Source: Anaerolineae bacterium
GTDB taxonomy: Bacteria > Chloroflexota > Anaerolineae > B4-G1
Direction of reading: 5' to 3'
Assembly: GCA_026418995.1 (NCBI GenBank)
Contig: JAOAAG010000237.1
Location: 1 to 39,824, forward strand
Length of the DNA stretch: 39,824 bases
Shown here piece after piece: positions 16,792-27,913 of the stretch (its first letter is position 1; the number at the start of each line of letters is the position of its first letter). Both the position numbers and the translations under genes were made by a program. The notes beneath the pieces are model-generated. The model ran no database searches, was not told the DNA's origin, and worked only from the letters and a program-made list of their open reading frames with translations.

Positions 16792-17298
16792 TTAACTGAA
16801 AACGATAAACTTATCCTTACTGGCTTTGCAGAGAGGGCACTCGTCCGGTGGCTCCCCTTCGCCGGTCCAGCCGCACAGGGAGCAAACGTAAACCGGGCCC
16901 AACTGAAGGTCGCTACCGGACTCGACCGCGGCTTTAGCCTTGCCGTACATATCGGCATGGATCTTCTCGGCTTCAAGCGCCCAATTATTGGAACGCACGG
17001 CGGGTTTCTCACCCTGCAGTTCGGCCACGGCCAGGAAAGCAGGATACATCTCCTCGACCTCATACGTTTCGCCACCGATAGCAGAGCCTAAGTTCTCCGC
17101 CGTCTTCCCCAGGTAGCCCAGAGCCTTGAAATGGTTGCTCGCGTGTACCTGTTCCGCGTAAGCAATGGCTCTAAAAAGACGTGCCACGTTCGAGAAACCT
17201 TCCTGTTCCGCCTTGGAGGAGAAAATCAGATACTTCATATGAGCCTGGCTCTCACCCGCAAAGGCGGCTTCCAAATTGGACTGTGTCATCTTACGCAT
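16792..17298 (-). CDS. rbr: Rubrerythrin family protein
   Basis: AFAGESQA, EQVHA, EKIH motifs; CSLCG..CPLC. Confidence 0.92.
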   Translation of the reverse strand: MRKMTQSNLEAAFAGESQAHMKYLIFSSKAEQEGFSNVARLFRAIAYAEQVHASNHFKALGYLGKTAENLGSAIGGETYEVEEMYPAFLAVAELQGEKPAVRSNNWALEAEKIHADMYGKAKAAVESGSDLQLGPVYVCSLCGWTGEGEPPDECPLCKASKDKFIVFS

Positions 17299-18538
17299 CT
17301 TTGCCTCCTGTGATTAGTGTATGTTGGAGCAATGATTGGGGGTCGAAATCGTCATCCAGCAGATGGTCCACATAGGCGGACACGTCCACACCCTGCTCGA
17401 TGAGCCTGGAGACCGGCCGGACGCGCCCCGGATCGTTCAGCAAGATGGCGCCAACGATCTGACCATCACGCAGCACAAGCTTCCGGTAACGTCCAGCGGC
17501 CAGGTCGGTGGCTCGCAACGTGACAAACCCATCGCCGGAAGGGGTACAGACGCCCAGCGAGCTTACCTCCGCTCCGGCAATTTTTAACGTGGTGATCGGC
17601 AGCGTACCGGCATACACGGTGCTCTCCGGCGTGACCATATTGGCCGCTGCTACGCGCGCCTGTTCGATGGCTGCAGGGATAATCCCGTAGACCGTCCCTG
17701 CGAATTCGGCCGCATCCCCGGCTGCGAAGACGTCCTCCGCACTGGTGCGCATATATTGGTCCACAACGATGCCCTGGTTGACCTGCAACCCGGCTGCCTG
17801 GGCCAGCCTGGTTTCAGAGCGGATGCCGGTGGAGAAGAGGACCAGTTCGCCTTTCAATTCCCTTCCATCTCTGAGCCGGACACCCTCCACCTGCTCACCG
17901 CCCAGCACCGCCTCGACAACGCCATCGGTTACCACATGTATGCCCTGGGCTTCCAGTAGCGATTGAAGTACGGCTGCGCCCTCTGCATCAAGCTGGCGCG
18001 GCATCAGATGAGGGAAGAACTCGATGACCGTCACCTCTGGCACACCGGCCAGCCGCAGCGCTCGCGCCGTCTCCAGCCCCAACAGTCCACCGCCGATAAT
18101 CAGCGCCGCCGTGACCTGCCCGGTATACGCCTTGATGGCCAGCGCATCGTCCAGCGTACGCAGCGTGAATACGCCTTTCCGGTCAATGCCAGCGCATGGA
18201 GGAACATAGGGACGGGCACCGGTGGCCAGCAACAGCCGCTCGTATCGCATACGCGCTCCATCCTTCAATACAACCTGGTGCGCCTCAATATCGAGGCTAC
18301 TGACCTCCACCCCCAGGTGCAGATGGATCCCTTGCCTGGCATACCAGTCAGGTGGTCTGAAGTAAACCTCTTCCTGCTCTATCTGGCCGGCAATAAACTC
18401 CCAGAGCAGTGGGCGGCGGTAGTAAGGGTACGGCTCCTCGCCAAAAAGGTGTACTTCTGCTGAGGGAGCTGCGCGCGCGATGTGTTGAGCTGCCGTGACG
18501 CCCGCGACACCACTACCGACGATGATATATGTTGTCAC
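17291..18538 (-). CDS. NAD(P)H:rubredoxin oxidoreductase-like flavoprotein
   Basis: GSGVAG, LATGA, GGGLLGLE and FAAGD motifs; adjacent to rubredoxin. Confidence 0.88.
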   Translation of the reverse strand: MTTYIIVGSGVAGVTAAQHIARAAPSAEVHLFGEEPYPYYRRPLLWEFIAGQIEQEEVYFRPPDWYARQGIHLHLGVEVSSLDIEAHQVVLKDGARMRYERLLLATGARPYVPPCAGIDRKGVFTLRTLDDALAIKAYTGQVTAALIIGGGLLGLETARALRLAGVPEVTVIEFFPHLMPRQLDAEGAAVLQSLLEAQGIHVVTDGVVEAVLGGEQVEGVRLRDGRELKGELVLFSTGIRSETRLAQAAGLQVNQGIVVDQYMRTSAEDVFAAGDAAEFAGTVYGIIPAAIEQARVAAANMVTPESTVYAGTLPITTLKIAGAEVSSLGVCTPSGDGFVTLRATDLAAGRYRKLVLRDGQIVGAILLNDPGRVRPVSRLIEQGVDVSAYVDHLLDDDFDPQSLLQHTLITGGKDA

Positions 18539-18549
18539 TGTCTGTTCGT

Positions 18550-18690
18550 TTAACCCATCTTCTCAAACATATCCTTGGTGGCCCCGCAGTCAGGGCATAC
18601 CCAGTCATCAGGTAGCTCTTCAAAAGGAACATTATTGTGTTCCGCCGGGTCGTACACGTAGCCACATACCAGACATTCCCACTTGTCCAT
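18550..18690 (-). CDS. Rubredoxin, 46 aa (below the ORF-track cutoff)
   Basis: [46 protein letters not shown]; GGAGG RBS. Confidence 0.95.
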   Translation of the reverse strand: MDKWECLVCGYVYDPAEHNNVPFEELPDDWVCPDCGATKDMFEKMG

Positions 18691-18742
18691 GATTACCTCC
18701 TGCAATCATTCTCCGGGCACTGAGAAGTGGTGAAAAAAAATT

Positions 18743-18846
18743 AACCGCAAAGAACGCAAAGAGCGCAAAGGTATTATATTCTCTTTGCGTCCTTGGCGCT
18801 CTTTGCGGTTAGATTCTGAACCGCAAAGGGCGCAAAGAGCGCAAAG
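18743..18846. repeat. Palindromic 9-nt-period repeat, family A
   Basis: AACCGCAAAG-AACGCAAAG-AGCGCAAAG, its inverted copy (18783-18810) and a third arm (18819-18846). Confidence 0.85.
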
Positions 18847-18855
18847 GTACTTACG

Positions 18856-19278
18856 TTATTGAGAAGCCAGACACTCGGGGCAATAGCCACGCAGAATAAG
18901 TTGCCGCTCCAGTACTGCGAAGCCACGCAAGTGCTGTGCATCTGTACCAAGAGCGTCGTAATTGAAGGGCACGTCCTCCACACGGTGGCATCTGATGCAG
19001 ACCAGATGCGCATGGTCAGCGGTGCGAATGTCATAGTGGCGCTCGCCCAGTCCCACGTCTAGCTCGCGCACTACCCCCAGCTCTACCAGTTCGTCCAGCG
19101 TGTTGTAGATAGTGGCCGGGGAGATGTCCGGTAGTATTCTGCGCACTCGTGATAAAATCTGCTCGACCGTGGGGTGCGAATCATCATCAAGCAGTGCTTG
19201 GATGATCGCACGGCGCTGAGGGGTCAGCCGCCGCCCCTGGGCTTTCAGTGTCTCGCAGATCAGTTCTGGTGTAGCCAT
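18856..19278 (-). CDS. Fur-family regulator, PerR-like
   Basis: RLTPQRRAI, HPT, ATIYNTL, HAHLVCIRC and CPEC motifs; heads the peroxide-defence genes. Confidence 0.9.
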   Translation of the reverse strand: MATPELICETLKAQGRRLTPQRRAIIQALLDDDSHPTVEQILSRVRRILPDISPATIYNTLDELVELGVVRELDVGLGERHYDIRTADHAHLVCIRCHRVEDVPFNYDALGTDAQHLRGFAVLERQLILRGYCPECLASQ

Positions 19279-19302
19279 TATAAATCTATACCGTTTACTA
19301 AC

Positions 19303-19339
19303 TTGTAAATATTATAACATAGTCTTTGCTCCACGTCAA
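19303..19339 (-). promoter_or_regulatory. sigma70 promoter with an overlapping Per/Fur box
   Basis: Minus strand TTGACG-N17-TATAAT with TG extension. TTATAATATTTACAA (19303-19317) resembles the Per box TTATAATNATTATAA. Confidence 0.75.
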
Positions 19340-19537
19340 CACTCCGGGAAACAAGCTCCATACAGCGCGAGAAACCCCACGCTCAGCAGACATTTGCTTG
19401 CGCTGGTCGAGCATACGTGCTATGATAAGCTGAGACGTGGTCTGAGAAGTGAGTTTGTGAACAGTTGCCCACTGATACTGTCACTGAGTGGGCGCTCATA
19501 GGCTGAGTAATCTACACCTGAGCGGATACGTTGAGCC

Positions 19538-19738
19538 TTGATTCGTATCAATAACCGCGATGAACTGGAGTGGGAAGAAGGGATGACCGTTTCCAGCTTG
19601 CTGGAGCGGCTCAAATATACCTTCGCCCATATCATTGTCAGAGTCAATGGGGAGATCGTCCCCCCTGAGAAGTACGCGACGTATCTCATTCCGGACGGCG
19701 CGCAGGTGCTGGTCATTCACCTGATCGCCGGAGGGTGA
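19538..19738 (+). CDS. MoaD/ThiS family sulfur carrier protein
   Basis: 66 aa ubiquitin-like pattern, VNGEIV, C-terminal AGG. Confidence 0.9.
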   Translation: MIRINNRDELEWEEGMTVSSLLERLKYTFAHIIVRVNGEIVPPEKYATYLIPDGAQVLVIHLIAGG

Positions 19739-21142
<1,404 letters not shown>

Positions 21143-21145
21143 CTA

Positions 21146-21182
21146 TCAGGTAACGCTCACTCTCGAAGTGACCGTCACCTGA
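21146..21182. repeat. REP-like palindrome, family B
   Basis: TCAGGTAACGCTCACT-CTCG-AAGTGACCGTCACCTGA. Confidence 0.7.
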
Positions 21183-21185
21183 GGG

Positions 21186-23756
21186 CTATACCATCCGCGG
21201 CACCCGCGCCAGGATCTCCGAGACCACCTCGTAGTTGATCGTCCCTAGCCAGTCCGCGACCTCTTCGGCGGAAATTTCATCCTCGCCCTGCCGTCCGATC
21301 AGCACGACTTCATCTCCCACGCGCACATTGGGGATATGATCCACTCGAATTATGGTCTGGTCCATACATACCCGCCCGACAATGGGGGCCCGTTGGCCGT
21401 GCACGAGGACCTCGCGCCAGTGGGTCGGGGCGCGGCGAAACCCATCGGCGTAGCCTACGGGGATGACGGCAATGGTCTCCTCTTTCTCGGTGCGGTAGGT
21501 GTTACCATAGCTTACAAAAGTACCTGGCGGCAGGGTTTTGACCTGGGCGATGGTCGTTTTCCAGGTTAACGCAGGACGGAAGCCCGGCGGCAGAGGCACA
21601 TGCGGAGAGGGGCGCAGGCCGTACATCGCCAGGCCCAGGCGTACCATGTTGAAGCGCGATTCAGGCAGGCGCAGCAAAGCGGCAGAGTTAGCACAGTGCA
21701 CCAGGCGAAAGGTTACCCCGATCGCTTGCAGGCTCTCCAGCACCGCGCGGAAACGGGCCAGTTGCCAGCGTGTGTACCCCAGGTCCTCGTCATCAGCGGT
21801 GGAAAAGTGGGTGAAAATCCCCTCCAGGTCAAGCGCGGGCAGGTCCCGCACTGCCTCAACGAAGGGGACCACCTGGTCTGGGAGCAGGCCAAGCCGGCTC
21901 ATTCCGGTATCCACTTTGATGTGCACACGAGCGGTGCGGCGTAACTCAAGCGCGGCCCGGCTCAGTACGCGGGCAATATCCAGGTCATAGAGGGTGAGGG
22001 TGATATCACGCAGCAGGGCCTCCCGCACCAGCCAGGCCGGGGTGTAACCGAGCACCAGGATGGGGGCATCTATGCCAGCGTCGCGGAGTTTGGTGGCCTC
22101 GTTCACGGAAGCGACGCCGCAGTAGGACACACCATTGTTGATAGCCGTGCGGGCTACAGTGATCGCGCCATGGCCATAGGCATCGGCTTTGAGCACGGCC
22201 AGGATATTTACCCCCGGGCCGACAATATCCCGGATACGCCGCACGTTGTAAGCGATGGCTTCCAGATCTATTTCCACCCATGTAGGGCGGGAGGGACGCG
22301 CTACCCGCACGGCCAGCCCGTCTGCACGCCTGACCAGGCAGGCTGCGTCCTCCGGCCTGGACAACAACCCCGCGACGATTTCTTCCATGCGAGCCTCGAC
22401 GTCGCCCTTGACCATCACCACGTCGCCCGGCCTCAGTTGGGTCTTGAGGTAGCGCACCGCATCCCGCGCCGTATAAGTGACAAGGATACGCTCACAGGGG
22501 AAACCGGCTTCTCTGGCCGCGTCGGCGATCCAGGCGGCCCGCTCGCCCTTGACCACCAGGAGATCGGCCACCGAGGCGGCACGCTGCCCCAGCAGGCGGT
22601 GCCCCTCCACCGTGTAGCCACCCAGTTGCCCCATATCGCCGAGCACCACGATACGGCGGCGGGCCGGGTAGTGGGCCAGCGTCTCAAGAGCCTGGAGACC
22701 GCTTGTGGGGCAGCAACTAGCCGAGCCATCCAGTAGCAGCGCCCCACCCACCGCAGGGAGGACCTGCAGCCTTCCCGGACCGGGTTCCAGTCCCTCAAGC
22801 ACATCCACAATGTCATCCCAGGGGACACGGCAGATCAACCCCACGGCGATGGCCGCCAGGATAGAATGGACCTGGTGTGCTCCCAGCAGCCTGGTGCGCA
22901 CCTGCCCCTTAGGCGGGTAGCCGGGAGTGCCCAGCCCGCTGACACCGGGCAAGTGTACTGTGCACTGCACTCCCTCTGGATCGTTACGTACTTCCGAGGC
23001 GACAATGTCAGCATTCGGATCGAGGCCGTAGGTGATCACCTGGGCCTGGGTATATTTTCTCATCTCACGTACCCGTGGGTCGTCGTAGTTGAGGACGGCA
23101 AAGCCATCTGAGGGAAGTGCCGCTACCAATCGGCTTTTCTCCTGGGCGATAGCCTCCAGACTACCCAGGTAGGCCAGATGAGCCTGATTGATCGTGGTGA
23201 CCACGGCGATATGAGGGCGGGTTAACTCGCTCAAACAGGCGATATCGTCAAAAGTATGACACGCCATCTCGAGCACGGCTACCTCGTGCTCGGAGGTCAG
23301 GCCTGCTAAGGAGAAGGGTAGCCCCAGCCGGTCACTTAAGTCGGGCGGGTTGGTGAAGACTTTATAGCGGCTTGAGAGGACAGCGGCGATAGCCTGCCCG
23401 GCATCGGTCTTGCCGGTGGAGCCGGTGATACCAATCACCTTGGGGTTGTACTTGCGAATGACGTAAGCAGCCCATTCAGACAGTGCCAGTTGCACGTCGG
23501 GCACGACAATGCAGGTACAGGCGGGCTCAGCCGGGGGAAACTGGCACAGGACACCCCCAGCCCCTTTGCTGATAGCTTCGGCAATAAAATCGTGACCGTC
23601 TCTGCCATCCTCGGTTTTGACGGTCACGAACAGCTCGTGCGCTCTGATGCGGTTAACATCGTAACAGAAGTCCGGGAACTGAGCAGGGGCGGGGCAATGT
23701 TGATTTCCCACCAGGCGGCCACCAGTCGCTGCCAACAGGTCTTCCAGGTAGATCAT
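21186..23756 (-). CDS. alr: MurF-like ligase / alanine racemase fusion
   Basis: N-terminal DGHDF, ITGSTGKT, LNYDDP, VLGDM; C-terminal AVLKADAYGHG (PLP lysine), GYADG, GRVCMD. Confidence 0.92.
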   Translation of the reverse strand: MIYLEDLLAATGGRLVGNQHCPAPAQFPDFCYDVNRIRAHELFVTVKTEDGRDGHDFIAEAISKGAGGVLCQFPPAEPACTCIVVPDVQLALSEWAAYVIRKYNPKVIGITGSTGKTDAGQAIAAVLSSRYKVFTNPPDLSDRLGLPFSLAGLTSEHEVAVLEMACHTFDDIACLSELTRPHIAVVTTINQAHLAYLGSLEAIAQEKSRLVAALPSDGFAVLNYDDPRVREMRKYTQAQVITYGLDPNADIVASEVRNDPEGVQCTVHLPGVSGLGTPGYPPKGQVRTRLLGAHQVHSILAAIAVGLICRVPWDDIVDVLEGLEPGPGRLQVLPAVGGALLLDGSASCCPTSGLQALETLAHYPARRRIVVLGDMGQLGGYTVEGHRLLGQRAASVADLLVVKGERAAWIADAAREAGFPCERILVTYTARDAVRYLKTQLRPGDVVMVKGDVEARMEEIVAGLLSRPEDAACLVRRADGLAVRVARPSRPTWVEIDLEAIAYNVRRIRDIVGPGVNILAVLKADAYGHGAITVARTAINNGVSYCGVASVNEATKLRDAGIDAPILVLGYTPAWLVREALLRDITLTLYDLDIARVLSRAALELRRTARVHIKVDTGMSRLGLLPDQVVPFVEAVRDLPALDLEGIFTHFSTADDEDLGYTRWQLARFRAVLESLQAIGVTFRLVHCANSAALLRLPESRFNMVRLGLAMYGLRPSPHVPLPPGFRPALTWKTTIAQVKTLPPGTFVSYGNTYRTEKEETIAVIPVGYADGFRRAPTHWREVLVHGQRAPIVGRVCMDQTIIRVDHIPNVRVGDEVVLIGRQGEDEISAEEVADWLGTINYEVVSEILARVPRMV

Positions 23757-23813
23757 TTCGCTCGACTATTAATCACAGGTAGCAGTCACAGCAGCCTGAT
23801 GGTCTGAGAGCTG

Positions 23814-23888
23814 TGGGCGGTACAGGACTTGAACCTGTGACCTCCTCTTTGTAAGAGAGGCGCTCTGACCAGGCTGAGCTAACCGCCC
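23814..23888 (-). tRNA. tRNA-Val(TAC), CCA not encoded
   Basis: GGGCGGT/ACCGCCC acceptor stem, TAGCTCAG D-arm, CCTCT-CTTACAA-AGAGG anticodon arm, GGTTCAAGTCC T-arm. Confidence 0.96.
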
Positions 23889-23899
23889 GGATATAGTCA

Positions 23900-23927
23900 A
23901 TGATACCCGATTTTCGGTAGAAGTCAA
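23900..23927 (-). promoter_or_regulatory. Putative tRNA promoter
   Basis: TTGACT-N16-TATCAT just upstream of the tRNA. Confidence 0.55.
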
Positions 23928-23969
23928 CCTGCGCGTACCGCAAGCATGCAGAACTTTTTGCCGATATAA

Positions 23970-24273
23970 CCTTTGCGTACTCTGCCTTCTTTGCGGTTCA
24001 ATAAAAACCGCGAAGGGCGCAAAGAGCGCAAAGAATATGGAAAACCCTTTGCGTACTCTGCCTTCTTTGCGGTTCAATAAAAACCGCAAAGGGCGCAAAG
24101 AACGCAAAGGGGTTTAGATTCTTGCGTCCTTTGCGTCCTTTGCGTTCTTTGCGGTTCAATAAAAACCGCAAAGGGCGCCAAGAGCGCAAAGGGGTTTAGA
24201 TTCTCTCTGCGTCCTTTGCGTACTTTGCGGTTAGATGCTTCGGCGCTTTGCGGTTAGATTCTGAACCGCAAAG
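23970..24273. repeat. Cluster of family A palindromic repeats, including a 76-bp-period direct duplication
   Basis: Alternating CTTTGCG..CTTTGCGGTT and AACCGCAAAG..CGCAAAG arms; 23970-24023 is nearly identical to 24046-24099. Confidence 0.88.
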
Positions 24274-24344
24274 TGTGCAGTGGAAGAACCAGTCGGTGGT
24301 ACGCCAAGGCCTGTCCGCGCATGACCTGCACCCTGGTAAGTGGC

Positions 24345-26192
24345 CTAGCGGGCTACAACTTCTATCCAAGCGATGTGGACGTGATCACCAAGGGACTCCA
24401 CAGGTAATCTGATGCCGGTGAAAGCATGATACACGGCTACAATGAGCTCGTAACGCCCCGGCGGCAGAGCGGGCGGCAAGAGCAGCCCATAGCGATCCGT
24501 CAGTGACAACCCCTCCTCCCACCGATCGGTCGGTAACAACCCCGCCCGAGGCTCTGTATCGCACTGGGCCACCAGCCGACCACTCCCATCCAGCAGTTGC
24601 ACGGTCACCTTGTAGCGCTCGGTAATGTTTTCTCGCGCTTCCCAGAACAGCGTCACGGGCACAACCTCGCCCACGCTGAACTGGCGTCCCGGCAGGGCAT
24701 ACCCCTGCAGGCATATCCCCTCGCCAAAACAGCTCTCCATATAGTCCGACGGCTGCGCTGGCAAAGAGGCCACTCCGTAGAGACTTAGACGCACGCGCCC
24801 ATGCCAACTGTCGGTAGCCTTATAAGCATGCTCGGCCAGCCAGCTTTCGATCAAACGGCGCGGGTCGGACTCAGCATCGCCCCAGTACAGCACAAACAAG
24901 CGCCGGTATCGCTCTGTCAGAGGGAGCAGTAATCCCTCCACCTCAGACGGGTCAGGCCTGTAAGGAGCGGGATAGACATCGCGATCAGGGTAATAGTAGG
25001 TGAACACTTCCCACTGATTCGGCGCGTTAAGGACAATCGCATCACCCGGCTGGAAGCGGGAGGCAATCAACGCGGCGATGCCGCGATAGTCGTCGCGAGC
25101 ATACAGCGGGTTGAAATAAAGGTTGTGTAACGACACACCAACCGGAAACAGGCCGGGGAGCAACAGCAGCACCGAGAAAGCGACTGACAGCCCAGGACGC
25201 GTGGATACCAACTGCCCCGCATTTTTTGCGCCAAGCGCCAGAAGGATGTGAAACGGCGGCAAAACGACGACCAGGAACTTGAGCCACTCCGGCTTGTACA
25301 GGCCGAGAGCAAAGATGAGACATACAGGCACCACAAGATAGAGCATCATTCCCACAATGGCGGGTCCCATACCGGGTGCCCTCCGCGGCCACAATGCCGC
25401 AACGAACAAAACCGCTGTCCCGCCGAGAGCTACCGAAGCCTGCGTCAGGGGGAGGGTCTGCCCGACCGTCAGCACGCGCCACATATCCAGCAAAGCCTCT
25501 CCCACCCTGTACTCCTGCGCCGCAGCAGGCCAGCCGGTCACACTCCTGAGGGCGATGGGCAGCCAGGGAAGGTAAAGAAGCACGATGATGACCTGCATCC
25601 CAGCCCATGCCATCAGCCACCGCTGCCATTCAGCCCGGCGCAGCCACCAGAGCCCGACCCAAAGATTGTGTACCAGCAACACGAAAGGAAAGGCGTAATG
25701 CGTGTACAGCCCGGCCACACAGGCAACAGGATACAGGTGAACAGGGCCAGCGACCAGCAAATAGGTCGAGAGAGCGGAAAACAAGCCCAGAAGGGCATAC
25801 ATACGCGCTTCCTGGGCATAGTAGATCGCAAACGGAGAGAGGGCCGCGATGAAAGCGGCCATCACACCTACCCGTTTATCGAAGAGCCTGCGCCCCAACA
25901 AGAAGGTAAATACGACGGTGAGCACGCCCACCAGCGCCGAAAAGGAGCGTAAGGCAAATTCGCTATGCCCGCATAACGCACGCCAATAGTGCAGCAGCAG
26001 ATAGTAACCTGGGGGATGAATGTCGGCTGCGGCGCCCTCCCAGATGAGTTGCAACGGGCGCTCGGCAATGCGGGCGGAGTTGCCTTCATCGTTCCAGAAG
26101 GATTGCGCAGAGAGACGATAGAAACGCAGTACACAAGCGAGAAGGATAATTAGCAGTAGTACGACACGGTGAACAGCGAGGGACCGGCTCAT
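24345..26192 (-). CDS. GT39/PMT-like (GT-C) membrane glycosyltransferase
   Basis: SFWNDE, DIHPPGYY, YAQEARMY motifs and many TM helices. ATGA overlap with the upstream gene supports start 26192. Confidence 0.85.
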   Translation of the reverse strand: MSRSLAVHRVVLLLIILLACVLRFYRLSAQSFWNDEGNSARIAERPLQLIWEGAAADIHPPGYYLLLHYWRALCGHSEFALRSFSALVGVLTVVFTFLLGRRLFDKRVGVMAAFIAALSPFAIYYAQEARMYALLGLFSALSTYLLVAGPVHLYPVACVAGLYTHYAFPFVLLVHNLWVGLWWLRRAEWQRWLMAWAGMQVIIVLLYLPWLPIALRSVTGWPAAAQEYRVGEALLDMWRVLTVGQTLPLTQASVALGGTAVLFVAALWPRRAPGMGPAIVGMMLYLVVPVCLIFALGLYKPEWLKFLVVVLPPFHILLALGAKNAGQLVSTRPGLSVAFSVLLLLPGLFPVGVSLHNLYFNPLYARDDYRGIAALIASRFQPGDAIVLNAPNQWEVFTYYYPDRDVYPAPYRPDPSEVEGLLLPLTERYRRLFVLYWGDAESDPRRLIESWLAEHAYKATDSWHGRVRLSLYGVASLPAQPSDYMESCFGEGICLQGYALPGRQFSVGEVVPVTLFWEARENITERYKVTVQLLDGSGRLVAQCDTEPRAGLLPTDRWEEGLSLTDRYGLLLPPALPPGRYELIVAVYHAFTGIRLPVESLGDHVHIAWIEVVAR

Positions 26193-27874
26193 CGGCCACG
26201 TCGGAGAAGATATCCGTACAGGAGCACGGGGATGCTGCAAGCCAGACACACCAGCGCTACCTTCCACCAGAACGGGGCTGGCTTCACGATAACGCCGTCT
26301 ATGGCCACATCACCTGCGACTACTTTCAACGTCACCTCATGCCGCCTTTCTGACCAGCCGCGTACCAGAGGCACCGGCGATCCGTTCAGAGAGATACGCC
26401 TGGGTGCTTCACTATCCAGATACACCTCCACCTCGCCCGTACCCGGACCGGGCACAAGCACCAGCGAGGCGCCCTCGACAGTAAAGCGTACCATCGCCCC
26501 GGGCGACTTTGCGAGGCGATAGGCGCCCACCCCTTTTCCTACTGTCGCCCACTCTCCTTCATACCTGATTGCCCAGTGTTCCTCCTGGTGATAGCCAGGG
26601 TAAAGCGTGGGAGTCAGGCCAGTGATATACTCACGCATAGCCTCATAGACCGGGAGAGGAGTGAAATCCGGTTCGACCATACGAAAGTAGTACATCGCCT
26701 GGTTGCGCTCGGCGTCGGAAGCGCGCTTGAAGAACCAGAAACTAACCACCCCCACCCAGGGCCATTCCTCGATCACCCGCTGATAGGCCAGCACTGCATA
26801 TCTGGCCTGTTGCTCCAGCGTCACCTTGCCGTAATCCCCCCAGCGCTGGATACCTGTCGGATCGTCCGGGACCGCGTTGGAATTCATCTCACTGATCCAG
26901 ATTGGTTTGGCCGCGTCGCCGTTGGCTACCATGATATCGCGGAGGTAAATAGGGCGCGAGAAGTTCACGTTTAGCGGCCGCATCCGACGGTCAGTCGGGC
27001 CGGACCACAGCATATAATCATTGACGCTCAGGATATCGAAGCAAGCGGCAGCACCAGCGTCATACATACGCTGGAGAAACACAAAATCGTTCAAATCACG
27101 CCAGGTGAGTGCAATGGTGGGCGCTAGAGCACCGCTCAGGATCACTACGTCAGGATCGGCCTGCCTGGCACGTCGGTACCCCTCGCACAACAGGCGGGTA
27201 TAGCCCTCCGGGTCCACCGGCTGCTCCCCCCACTCCGGGTAAATATTCGGCTCGTTCCACAACTGATAGTAACGCACCCGCCCCCGGTATCTGGAAACCA
27301 CGGCATACACATAATCCCCCCAATCGGCCAGGTTATCGGGGGGGGCATACGTGCCTATGGTATCGGTAAGTGCGCGGGACCAGGCAGGAGGATTGCTCAG
27401 GCGAGGTACAAGCTCAAGGCCGTACTGCTCGGCCAGCTCTACAATGTGGTCATATTTAGCCCAGGCATTCACCGGGTCAACTGTCCCATCGCCGTCCAGG
27501 TCGTTGCGCCGATCGGTAAAATCGCCCTTGCCATGTATCTCAATATCTTCCCAGGGGAACTCCTGACGCAGCCAGTGAAAGCCGGCCTCAGCGACCATCT
27601 GCACAGTGCGTTCGCGCTTCCACAACTCGACCTCTTGATTCAGAAAGACGTTGATCCCAAAGGGATTCACACCGGCGTGGTCAATGGCCGCGTATGAGGC
27701 CGTTTCCGGCCTGGGGCGGAACAGGTCGAATACCAGATGGCCTATTCCGCGCACCTGAGAGAGCAAACGTTCCTCTCCTGTGCAGTGAAACAACCAGACG
27801 GAGACAAGGGTCAGACACGGTGGCACCACAAGGAGCGCCGTCAGCAAAAGCTTGAGGCGGTGTAGTTTATCCAT
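26189..27874 (-). CDS. Membrane-anchored GH-A clan glycoside hydrolase (GH5/GH39-like)
   Basis: WNEPN acid/base and IWISE nucleophile motifs; N- and C-terminal TM segments. Confidence 0.82.
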   Translation of the reverse strand: MDKLHRLKLLLTALLVVPPCLTLVSVWLFHCTGEERLLSQVRGIGHLVFDLFRPRPETASYAAIDHAGVNPFGINVFLNQEVELWKRERTVQMVAEAGFHWLRQEFPWEDIEIHGKGDFTDRRNDLDGDGTVDPVNAWAKYDHIVELAEQYGLELVPRLSNPPAWSRALTDTIGTYAPPDNLADWGDYVYAVVSRYRGRVRYYQLWNEPNIYPEWGEQPVDPEGYTRLLCEGYRRARQADPDVVILSGALAPTIALTWRDLNDFVFLQRMYDAGAAACFDILSVNDYMLWSGPTDRRMRPLNVNFSRPIYLRDIMVANGDAAKPIWISEMNSNAVPDDPTGIQRWGDYGKVTLEQQARYAVLAYQRVIEEWPWVGVVSFWFFKRASDAERNQAMYYFRMVEPDFTPLPVYEAMREYITGLTPTLYPGYHQEEHWAIRYEGEWATVGKGVGAYRLAKSPGAMVRFTVEGASLVLVPGPGTGEVEVYLDSEAPRRISLNGSPVPLVRGWSERRHEVTLKVVAGDVAIDGVIVKPAPFWWKVALVCLACSIPVLLYGYLLRRGR

Positions 27875-27913
27875 AGCAGCAGTTCAGGGAGGCAGGAAAA
27901 CCATCCTGCATCC

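Noticed and set aside
19488-19530. TPP riboswitch-like words (GGGCGC..GCTGAG..ACCTGA.CGGATA) before the ThiS/MoaD gene
   Set aside because: The P2 3' strand (ACCC) and the closing GCGNAGGGA are missing, so the aptamer cannot be drawn.
23814-23888. tRNA as a prophage or island attachment site
   Set aside because: No integrase and no duplicated tRNA 3' end seen in the window.
23769-24273. CRISPR array or small proteins (ORFs 23769-24107 and 23998-24189)
   Set aside because: The units are inverted 9-nt-period arms with non-unique linkers and no cas genes are present. The ORFs are translations of the repeat and the tRNA.
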